NCBI GenBank assembly: GCA_047495785.1
Contig: JBLDXI010000032.1
Coordinates: 1,798,001-1,862,000, forward strand
DNA length: 64,000 bases
DNA from: Lepidodermella squamata
Taxonomy: Eukaryota; Animalia; Gastrotricha
Direction: 5' to 3'
A program made the position numbers and the translations under genes. Below the pieces are notes generated by a model, which had not been told where the DNA came from, made no database searches, and worked only from the letters and a program-made list of their open reading frames with translations. Positions 13,403-24,467 of the stretch are shown one piece after another. Position 1 is the first letter of the stretch; every line of letters begins with the position of its first letter.

Positions 13403-13509
13403 AATTTCTAAAAGAAAAGGTAGGGGTTAGGGAATTCGACTCTCATGCTTTACTAAATTGCGTAAAAGAGAAAATGAAAGCAGCAGCTAAATTGAGCGAA
13501 TAAAAAACT

Positions 13510-14055
13510 TCAATTGATGTCAACTGACGAGGCTGATACTCCGTTCGAAAGTGATTCACCGGGCCGCTGGCGAAGCCGCAGCAGTTCCTGCTCAACAGTC
13601 AGAGCCAATTGCTGCAGTTGAGCAGATGAATTCTGAGGGAGCTGAGGTTGAACTGGCAAGGAGCCGGATAGAGAGCGCGACAAAGAGAGTCTTTTATCCT
13701 TATCTTGGGGTTGACTAGCGGCAAGAAATGAAGAGCAGTCCGGAAGTCGACGCAACACACTCTCTTTCATTTGATCATCGCTTGGGTAAGGTCTGCGCGG
13801 ATCACCCAGCATCCATCCGGTAGGGGCTTGAGTAGCATGGCTTGAGCTGATTAATCGTGCAAATTTAACCAAGTCATCGACACAGAATTGTGCACGCCAT
13901 GCCTCGGCAATGACATCAAGTCGCTGATGTGCTTGAAATAAAGCACGGGATAACACTGACTCAGATTCAGCCAATGCGGCATGAAGATTTCTAAACACAG
14001 CAAGGCGCTTTTCTAACACAGCTAACACAGCCGCATTTTCTGATTCGGCAGCCAT
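13510..14055 (-). CDS. MED4: Mediator subunit 4, intronless, divergent
   Basis: DLVKFARLISSSHATQAPTGWMLGDPRRPYPSDDQMK matches the MED4 signature. First true ATG at 14055 (MAAESEN). Confidence 0.85.
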   Translation of the reverse strand: MAAESENAAVLAVLEKRLAVFRNLHAALAESESVLSRALFQAHQRLDVIAEAWRAQFCVDDLVKFARLISSSHATQAPTGWMLGDPRRPYPSDDQMKESVLRRLPDCSSFLAASQPQDKDKRLSLSRSLSGSLPVQPQLPQNSSAQLQQLALTVEQELLRLRQRPGESLSNGVSASSVDIN

Positions 14056-14447
14056 TCCTCCACAGCAACCAACGGGGAAAGATAGCAGAAAATGTACAGC
14101 GTTCGAGCGCGAAGTTTTCCAGAAAGAATTTCTTCCACTCAACGTCAACTGACTTCCCTTCGGATTGAGGCTTTCGGGGCTGAGGCGCAAAGGCAAAGGT
14201 AAACGTCGATTCAAGATTATTCATCAAAGAAAATTTATTCGTCAATTCTGCAAAAAACTAACAAAACTAATAAAATTTAGTTGCACAAATGGGAGATAAT
14301 GCATTGATTTTGCTGCAGTTAATTTTTTGCATTCACGGTTCGCTGAGCACGCTGAGCATGCACCTTTTAGTCTTCCTGTCAAACGCTTATGCTGGGAGCG
14401 ATGGAGGGCTTGTCGCCTGGAAAACCCGCTTCTGTTAATTCGGAATT

Positions 14448-14453
14448 ACTTAC
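14448..14453 (-). promoter_or_regulatory. Candidate 5' splice donor (GTAAGT) of a non-coding leader exon upstream of MED4
   Basis: Perfect GTAAGT on the minus strand, about 200 nt upstream of the ttttttgcag acceptor at 14249-14248. Confidence 0.45.
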
Positions 14454-16409
14454 ACATTCGATTGCATAGGAACAGTTGTGTCGTAAATCGAATAGCAAGC
14501 GCTCATTCAAGCGAATTCAATCGAACGACTATCGTTTGGGGGTGGTCAGCTGTTCATTGGCATTGATGCTTATTTTAGTAGCCTTCTTCGAAGCAATCGA
14601 CCCTAACGATAAAGTTTACACACTTTAATTACGAAGCCTTGATTATCCAAGGTCGAATTAATGGATAAAGCTTTCTTGCTTGCTTCATCTCGCAAAAATG
14701 AAGGCGACACTTTCAAATCGCTTATCAGCCATGCCCGTTTTTGTCAGCCCCATTGATTGCAGTAACATAATACAAATAGGTTAACTTGTGTTTTTGAGGT
14801 CAAAACGTTTGATATCGGACAAAAATCGGCTGCAAATCACCGCATTACCAGAATTCTTTTGGTATGAACAATCATCCTATGTGTACTAATTCTGCATTTT
14901 TCTCACTTGACTGAATAAGCTGATACCACAACGTTCCTCAAATCACGCAACTTACTTGAGGTTGTCAACTACTTGATGATATATATCTATCTATCTAGGG
15001 AGATTTGAAACAACTGAGAGTATTTCCTTCCAAACAGAATAAATTTGCAACGAGGGAAGCCGATAAAACGTTTTGACAAATACTATCGATATTTTATCAG
15101 TTTAGAGCGAATTTCTCCGAATTTCTCATTCCAAATCCAATGTTAGGTTTCGGTGCTAGCTATAACATGAGACATGGCATCGTATCATTTTTGTCAAATG
15201 AAATTAGGTGTTGCGCTGCCATGAGTGTGCATCAGCTGATAGAGCGAGCACTCGTTCGATTCTCAAAAAAGAAAGGGCCCAAATAACTTGCCACGTCTCA
15301 CATATTCATGGCACGTCATATTCCCTCTGGGGGTCGAAAATTGCATAGTATTTTACTGTATTTGTTCCACTGTATTTTGATGAACGAACTTGTCGAATTA
15401 TTCGTTACATTTCTATGCAAGCTCTCTGCAAAGCTTCGGCCGGTAGCCGTTAGAGTGAACTTATTTGTTAGCTTAAACGCCTCTGATCTTATTCTTCGGA
15501 AAGCATCGGCATCTGCGATCTCTTATTCGTGGAAGTAAAAGTAAGTATCATTTTCCAAAATCATTTTCGATCAAACGGCCCTCATATTATCTCATTATGC
15601 TCTGAGTGGCTTTCTTTGGTTGGAAGTGTAGTGTCTTTATCTAGAATAGTGTCTTGGATGGTTTTCAGATTTCTGAATTTAGCTGCTCAAGTTGTCGATT
15701 AATAAACACAACAATCGAATTAATTATATACGTGTGGGCTTGCAATAAGAAAGCATAACAGCAGCATTTTATACTATACAACCAGGAACCTGGAGCGTCT
15801 TATAATCATGAGATATAAGAGGATGAAACAGCAAAGTGTATGCAAACCCCAGTCTCGAGCACCAAGAAGATCAGTGCAAAGACTACGTATGAAAGCGTCA
15901 AGCCATTTTCCTCTTATAGGGCGGTTTCCCTCCATTGACAAAGAGCGATGCGCAGTATCTATTAATTCAAAGGGTGACAAATAAAAAATACTGTTGACAG
16001 GTGTATTATATCACGAGCACGCTGCTTTTTGATAGAATATGGTAAACAAACAGAGTTTTTGCACGTCCTGAATGCGTAGACGTAGACGTAGACATGGGAC
16101 ACACTTTTGAGTTCATTTCTGCTGCGATACTTTTTATTAAAGTATAAAGATGCTGCGGTTTCTACTACCTATAACTTTGTAATGGTATTATCAAAAATTC
16201 ACCTGAGACATTCATATTGGCCTTTTTTGTAATAAGACGATTACCAGGATTCCATATTCAGCTTGCGTCATTTCTACAGTTCGTTCATGTGGGTTAAACA
16301 AACGTGGGACTAAGTTTACTTTGCTTCATAGCATTTCTGAATCATTTAACCCCCAATTTTTTCATCGTAACTGTTTTCGCTTGAATTAAGAATGTTTATA
16401 ACCTAAAAG

Positions 16410-18580
16410 ATCAGCCGCAGAATGTTACCGAACGAGAGCGAAACGGCAGATGATGTCGTTTACAAACTGAGCTCGCCAGGCGATCTGTTCCTGAAAAATA
16501 TATTCAAATTCCTCAACAGTTCGTCCGAATCAAGAAAGCTGTCCAGATCACGTAAGGCAGGAAAAGAAAGGCATTCAGGTCAATTATTGCTTCATTTATT
16601 AGAATTGACAACCCTCCTACAATTTCTGGGGAGAGATGGAATAAATGGCACGGGCAGTGATTGCTACTCGGTGGATGAGCTTCTAGATGACTACAACATA
16701 AGCCCTTATAATGTCAGCATTTCGGCCGAGACTTTTCTCTCCATTTGCCCCGCTCTGGTTCAAAAGCAGCTTAGCGACAACTGTAACTTCCATCATGGGA
16801 GATCTTCCACAGCGATGCAGCATTTGCAGCCAGGGACATTAGCTGAGCGTAAGGTTGCACATCTCAAAATAGCGAGGGTGTAGCATATTTTCTTTAGAGT
16901 ACGGTTACGGTACCGCAGCAGTGGCAATCATTAGCTTTATTCCAATTGTGCTTTTCTTCATTATTCCTAAACCTAGCCATCGTTTATACCCTTACATCAT
17001 GAACATGCTAATGTAGGTAATAAGTCTCAAATGGATATTGTCGTACATTTTTGCGTTAATAGCGCCCTGGCTACCGGAACATTGATCAGCGATGGTGTTC
17101 TTCATTTGATTCCCCAAGCTTTAGGATTCAACGTCGTTCTTTCAGTTGCACCTGATCATAATTTTCAAGTCCGTTTTTCCGATACTCTTCTAAAACAAGT
17201 GATGCTACTGGGGTCTATTTACGCGATGTATCTGTAAGTTTCACCATCAGATATAAGGCCAAAGATTTAAAGATTCATCGTTATAGGTTCTCTCTGTTGA
17301 TGGGCATTCGCGAAAGGGAACAAGGAGTTGTTGGACATGGCCATGGCCACTCTCATACTATGGCACCTGAGTATCCGGAACCTGAGCCGCAGCCTGCTCC
17401 AGTCAGGCGTAACAATATGGATAGTGTATCATCCGCTCCATTCATACGGGCGACGGATTGGTCAAACGAAAACACTGTTACAAGCATTACTCAGCTGTCA
17501 GATTTCAAGCCAGGCTACAGGACAAGGGCTGAGACGGTCAGCGAATACGTTGAGAAAACGAAAAGCCTTGAGGAGGATCCGGACGAGGATATTGAGGATG
17601 AAGTCAAGTATCAGTTAGTGGAGAGACTTGACACTGCCTCGCCAGGGTTGGAGCCAATTGCCACGCCAATCGGTCAATCAAGAAGGCACATACCGTTCGT
17701 CACCATGACGAGTGTTCAAATCCGAAGTAAGAAATTTGGCATTATTTCTGGATCTTTTTCTTATAATCACGTACAACTAGAAATGCATGCATATATCCGA
17801 CAGTGGCTGAAAGGTGAGAATTTGACTTCTTTTAATATGATTTCTTTATACCCAGTTTTTGTGGAGAATGCGTTCCCAAGAAATCGTTTGGCTACGTTGT
17901 GATTCTAAGTAAGTTCAAGAGAGTAAAATCGACTTGTGATTATGAAAACCTCTTACCTCTTAGGCGATCTCATTCACAACGTCATGGATGGAGTTGCTAT
18001 CGGGGCAGCCTTTTCGAGGAATCCTGTGAGCGGCGTATCAACTACAGTGGCTATAGCTTTTCATGAGGTGAGAAGGGTTTTATTTTTTTTCAAAGGATCC
18101 TATCGACGCTCGTGAACTTAGATTCCACATGAAATCGGGGATTTCGCTGCATTGATAACATCTGGCGTAAGCTGGCGTGGTGCAATGACTTGGAACATAT
18201 TGCTGTCGCTGACATCTTTCGTAGGTCTCTACATAGGTCTTGCGGTTTCTACCGACGAGCCCGTCCGCCGATGGGTATTCGCATTCACAGCCGGTATATT
18301 TCTTCATCATGCACTCAGTGAATTCGTAAGTTAACTCTGGTCCACGTCTGCCGTAGTCATAAGTTATTTCTTTCAGCTTCCTGAAATGATGCATATTCCG
18401 AAGCATTTTTGGAGATACTTTTTCCTGCAAAATTTCGGATTACTCCTCGGCTTTTCAATTATGTTTTTGATGTCGATTTTTGAGGAATCACTTCATCACA
18501 AAATATCGATGTCATACGCTTCTAGCAGCCTTTCAAAATCCGGTGACTTCGAATTTTCGCCAGGGCGTGAACAATTTTGA
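16410..18580 (-). other. No supportable gene on the minus strand; antisense ORFs here are shadows of ZIP paralogue 1
   Basis: ORF 18080-18430(-) overlaps ZIP transmembrane exons and has no recognisable motifs. Confidence 0.3.
16410..18580 (+). CDS. SLC39A: SLC39A/ZIP LIV-1-type metal transporter, paralogue 1 (start exon uncertain)
   Basis: CPALV (PAL motif), YGYGT TM1, LATGTLISDGVLHLIPQ, GHGHGHSH loop, GDLIHNVMDG (TM4) and FHE|IPHEIGDF (TM5, split by an intron). Confidence 0.93.
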
Positions 18581-19168
18581 GCTTCGCTTTCTAACTAAAA
18601 CAAACCGGTTACTCTTTTTTACATACTATTTTAGCCCGTATAACGCCATATCTAATCCTATTTTTGTGACGACAGCCAAAGAATAAACCATGGAATTGAG
18701 TTTTTGCTATTCGCCGTTGGAGAGAACGAGACCCCGGACCTTGTAGACAGCGTAGTCTTGATACAAAGCACCTCATTACTTTTCGGTTTTTGGGTGCCAC
18801 TTGTCTAAACCTAGGCGTCGATTTTCAAAGAGGTATTCCACCAGAAAAGCAAATGCATGAAAGGCCATTGATTCTGAAGCATAAAGCGTAATACGTGGCG
18901 GAAGATAAGTATAATTGATTCGTGAATGCTTCCAGCTTCGTCGCCCTCAAAACATGCTCGCGCTCACACGTTGAATAGAAAGTGTTAACTTCATTCTGCC
19001 AGCAGCACTTCGCAATATTTTCACCTCAAAGGTGCCTATAGGTATTGAGGTCGCTTATTTTTTTTCGACATCCTATTCAAAGCTTAAGTGTCCCAGCCAC
19101 AAGAATCGATAAGACATAAACACCTGTTTTGCTCGTTCGCTTCCGAACACGAGTATTCTCAAAATAGG

Positions 19169-21444
19169 ATGGGGTTTCTTGGTACGTGTTATGTGCTCTT
19201 CACAGCGATCGCTGTGTCACGAGCAGCTCAACCTAGCGCCCCGGTACGTGATTGGAATGTTTAAGCATGCAATAATCAGATGGCTATGTTCTTCACAGGT
19301 GCAGCCAAGCAACCCAAAACCAATGCTTCCAAAAATGGTTCCATCAGTCAAAAACTTTACCAATATTACGGTGGAGAATCATACGGTAGTTCTTGGTCCA
19401 GCAGGAGAGCACTATCTTCAAGACATTTTTAAATATCTGAACGGCCCAACTTCATCGAAGTCTCTAACTAAATTTCGTCAGTCGCATAGTCGCAGCGTTT
19501 CTCGAGTAACATTATTGTACATTTCAGAGTTGGCGAATCTGCTGAAAGTACTGGAGAGAAATGGAACAAACAGTACAGGTGGCGAATGCTATTCTATCGA
19601 CAGACTGCTTCAGGAATATGAGATCGACGTAATCAACGTCAACATTTCTGGGGATACTTTTCTGTCACTGTGCCCAGCCTTAATTCATCAGCAATTAACG
19701 AATGAATGCGACGATGATTACTTGAAGTACCTGAAAATAACTACTCCTGTTAGCCCGCCACCAGCCATTCACGAAAGTTAGTTGATCGCCTCTTACCTTT
19801 TAGTTCCATTTTGAAGTTTTTCCCTTCAGAATATGGCTACGGGACAGCGGCTGTTTCAATCATCAGCATCATTCCAATAGTCTTGTTCTTCATCATACCG
19901 AAACCTGACCACAGGCTCTACCCGTTTATCATGAATACCTTGATGTTAGCTATAAATCTAAAAAGTGAGTGGGTAACGTGAACTTATTTTGCAGAGCCAT
20001 GGCGGCTGCAACTCTTGTAAGCGACGGGGTTTTGCACCTGATTCCACAAGCCTTAGGGTTCAACATGGTTGTGACAATGTCCGGTTCCGACCATTCAGTC
20101 GTCAAGTTTTCCGACACGCTATTGAAACAAGTTATGCTATTGGCTTCGATTTATGCCATGTACCTGTAAGTCTTGATTTAGGAAGCTACAGTTTATCATC
20201 TTAATGTTTTTACAGGTTTTCCTTGCTAATGGGAATTCGTGAAAGAGCTCAGGGCACAGACACAGAATCTGTTCATGGACATGGCCACAGCCACGGACAT
20301 GTTGACCATCACCACACACAGGCGGCTAGAAAAGCTCATGAAAACAGCATTTCATCCTCTGCGCCTTTCAGAATTAACGACTCGACGAATGACATGACCG
20401 TTACGAGTATTTCCCAGCTTTCGGATTTCCGCTCTCGCAGCGCTACTACATGCGAACTAGTAACTAGTAAGGCTAGCCTTGCCGAATCACAGGAGGATAA
20501 CATTGAGCCTGCTGACTCTGAGGATGTCCAAGATGGTTTGAAAGAGGATCAAACAGGAATGGATTCGGAAAATGCTCCACCACCATGCTACGAACTGAAG
20601 GCCGATCACAAACATGTATCTCGGCGGAAGTCGATAATCGACACTACTATTTCGAAAATCAGGGGTAGTCCTTGAATTTCCAAGTGAAGGTGCATATATC
20701 ATTGAATTTGTCACTAGGGTCAAACGCGCACATCAAACAATGGCTCAAAGGTAGTACGGACATACGGATATGTTACCCTAATTTCATGTTTTTTCAGAGT
20801 GTGTACCCAAGAAATCTTTTGGCTATATTGTGATTCTCAGTAAGTCTTAGTAGTCTATAATTAAAGAGATCAAAGAAGTTGGCGAATTTCTTAGGCGACT
20901 TGACTCACAATGTAATGGATGGTATCGCAATAGGAGCAGCATTTTCTAGGAACCCAGTAAGTGGCATTTCTACAACCATGGCCATTGCTTTTCACGAGGT
21001 AAATACTTCGGTTGGACATCAAACTGGTTATACTGGTATATTTCTCAAGATTCCGCATGAAATCGGAGACTTTGCGGCCCTTATAACCGCAGGGGTCACT
21101 TGGCGTGGCGCAATGACTTGGAACATTGTACTATCCATGACAGCTTTCATTGGTCTATACGTCGGACTTGGCGTTTCAACCGATGAATCAGCTCGGCAAT
21201 GGGTTTTCGCCTTTACTGCCGGAATCTTTTTACATCATTCGCTTAGCGAATTCGTAAGTGAACACGAAACTGCTTGAAGTCGTGGCTAAATTTTCAGTTA
21301 CAGCTACCGGAGCTTCTGCATATAACTGATCATTTCTGGACTTACTTCGCTCTTCAAAATTTTGGATTGTTGCTCGGTTTCTCGATCATGTTCCTGATGT
21401 CCATATTTGAAGAATCGTTACACTACAAAATAAGCACTTCATAA
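19169..21444 (+). CDS. SLC39A: SLC39A/ZIP LIV-1-type transporter, paralogue 2
   Basis: Signal peptide MGFLGTCYVLFTAIAVSRA; CPALIHQQL; HGHGHSHGHVDHHH; GDLTHNVMDG; FHE|IPHEIGDF. Same intron pattern as paralogue 1. TAA at 21442-21444. Confidence 0.94.
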
Positions 21445-21818
21445 GCGACAGCCTTTCAGTCGAACTACATAAATATAAAAATAATCCAAGTTGCGCATTG
21501 GGCAACTTCAAAACTGACTTCTCTTGTACTAATACTGCAATTTAGTTCCAAAACTTTAAAATTGACAGGTAAATTTTAAGTTCCAGTCAACTTTTGATAC
21601 CGGTTTGACACGTCAATAAACTACAATATTTTGATCACGAATGGCTGACACTATTGCGTCATGATTAAAACTCCAAACTTTCACCTATTCGCGAGATTTC
21701 GTCGAAAGGTTAAGCCCGCGCATGCAGCAACGTTTTACACGTTTTTGCTGTCAGAAAAACAACAAAGCATATACAGACAACTATTCGAATTGCAGCTCAA
21801 ATATTGTCAGATAGACCG

Positions 21819-23993
21819 ATGGTTTCGCCTGAGATATTTCCGAGAAATATTTTACGCAACTACTTTGTTGCCACAACTTCAACACTGCTTTTCTTCGCAT
21901 TCGCAGAGCTTCGATTGTCCCTCGCTTTTGAGCAGGAGAGTGTGAATGCTACCGAAGTCTTAAATTCAACATACCTGTTGGTTATGGATGATCAGACGGT
22001 ACGTTTTTCTATTTCAATAATCAAGGTAAGCTAGCTCCTTTGTTCAGAAATGTAAAGCAGCCAAGACGCTTCTGGAAAAGTATGATTACGACGAAGATGG
22101 GTTGGTTGCGGTAGAAAACTTGACATTGATATGCCCGGTGCTCGTCAATGAAGATTTATTGTCAGCAATTTCAACGGCTGATAAGTGTGCGGTTGACCTG
22201 ATTTCTGCCGTTAACGCTGATGTCTACGACAAGAAAATGACCTCTGTTGCTGAGCGTTTTGGATACGGCACTCTTTCCATCGTAATCATCAGTGCTCTCC
22301 CGGCCGGACTGTTCTTCATTATACCGAAACCGAACCATCCGAAATATCCTTTTGTAATGATGAGCCTGATGTAATATTTAAACCTTAAACAGAACCTTGA
22401 TTGACATTTCATTGATTCTTGTCTTAAGCTCTTTGGCCATGTCGACGCTGGTCTGCGATACAACAATGCATCTAATTCCCAAGGTTCCTAATGGGAATAT
22501 TTGAATATTGCTGATGTATCTCTTTTTGAAGGCCTTTGATTTCAGGAAAAATAAGGTTCAGTATGCAGGAGGAGCGATAGTCATCACTAATAATCTGCTG
22601 AAAGAGTTGCTCATGTTATTACCCATCTACATTCTCTACATGTGAGTCGCCATCTACCAAAGGAAGTGATTATCATGCTGCTCTGTTGATACAGGCTGGA
22701 AATGCTCATGGGCACCAGGCAGCATATAATGAACCACTCTCACTCTGGCAGTGGAGATGATCGAAACCCAGAATCAATCGAACTCGGCAAATCGCAGTCT
22801 TCATGCGAACCAAGCAATGTGGCATCTCGTAGATTTAGTATTGAACTAGGGCCTGGCACTCATATGACAAAACTGAAGTCACAGATTTCGGTCAGAAAAC
22901 CCTGTTACCTCTCGCTATATATGTTTCATTGGTGTCCCAATTTAGGAATTTGATAGCCCAAACGTCTGCCGTGTAGCTGTTCCTTACAACGACAAGCCTA
23001 ATGTTAATGAGGACCAGATGAATCCAGCGCGCCGAGTTCGCACAACATCATGTGTCAAACATAGGGGTATTAAATGCCTGTTCATTTTCAGCAGAAAAGC
23101 TTTGCTTATCTGGCATTCCAGGGTTTCAAAAATATGCTGCAGCCTACATAACAGGTGAGAACTCGCTTCGTTTGAATCTTATATTCGCAAAAGACATTTT
23201 TCGCCTAGACTGTGCCCCAAAGAAAGAACTGGGCTGGGTAATTATAACTAGTAAGTTTACCCCGTTTACTCCAATACAAGTTCTTTTAATTTCTTCTTAC
23301 CTTTCCCAGCCGATGCGACTCACAACGTAAGTTCTAAGTTCACATCTCCCTTCTTTTATTGAAAAGAAATGTTTTCATTTCAAAATTAGCTGTTGGACGG
23401 CATGGCTATCGGTACTTGGATCTTTGATGTGCCAACGTAATGCATGCTAAATCTCTCTCATATAGGAGCTGCCTTTTCTACCAGTGTTTTAAGCGGTGTT
23501 TCGTCATCTATAGCTGTGGTGAGCTTATGACAATGCAATTAGAACATTTGAGCTATTCCGTAAAATAGCTTTTCCAGGAGGTTCCTTTCGAAATCGGCGA
23601 TTTTGCTGCTCTCATTAAGAGCGGGGTCGCGTGGAGAGGTGCAGTGTCATGGCACCTCTTCCAAACCATTATCTCTTTCATCGGGCTTTACATTGGACTG
23701 GGTGTTTCAACGGACGACAGCGCTCGCCAATGGGTCTACATTTTCATAGCCGGTGTTTTCCTGCACCACGCGCTGTGTGAATTTGTATGTCAAGAGATTG
23801 CTTTATACTTCTATGAGTTTATAAAAATCTTGCTATCCGTCAGATGCCCGAATTGGTTCACATTAAGGAAAAATTCTGGACTTGCCTGCTACTTCAGCAC
23901 ATTGGAATTATAATGGGTTTTGGTGTGATTTTTATCATCACGATATTTGAAGAACCTCTGCATTATTCATTCAAAATGACTCAGCAACCCTGA
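21819..23993 (+). CDS. SLC39A: SLC39A/ZIP LIV-1-type transporter, paralogue 3 (variant metal site)
   Basis: Hydrophobic N-terminus; CPVLV; FGYGT; TDATHN|LLDG; LFQEVPFEIGDF. TGA at 23991-23993. Confidence 0.92.
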
Positions 23994-24467
23994 GCCTTTT
24001 CGAGCGAAGTAAAAATAGTATAACAAACTAGTTCATGAACTTTTTATAGTATCATACGTGCGAAGAACAACACTCCAAGCCTGGCAATCGAATGACGTCA
24101 ATCAGTTGGAGTATTAACTCAAGATGAATGCCATCGACTAAAGCCGGTACGTGCTAACGTCAACTACAGCCTCGCCACTGGGTTATATAGGTCCTGAAAT
24201 AATTATGTAGTTGGGAACTATACACGTGTTAAGCTACTGGATACGAATAATTGCTGTGGCGTATACGGTATGTGAGGGTGTCAAGTAATAATTGAGCAGA
24301 ATAAAGCATGCATTTTTTGTGATGTAGTTAACAGTTAACAACCAAAAAGGTAGCTATTACAGCAAGAGTGTTGCCACCCTGTCAGCAAGCCAAAGTAGTT
24401 GAAGCTTATAAAACATGGCTCATTGGTTCCCAGGCTATTGTAGGCATTAGATTTGGTTCCAGCGAAA

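Noticed and set aside
13991-14245. N-terminal extension of the MED4 ORF (to 14214) and the overlapping 84-aa ORF
   Set aside because: Both start at non-ATG codons; the region is better read as 5' UTR between the acceptor and the ATG at 14055.
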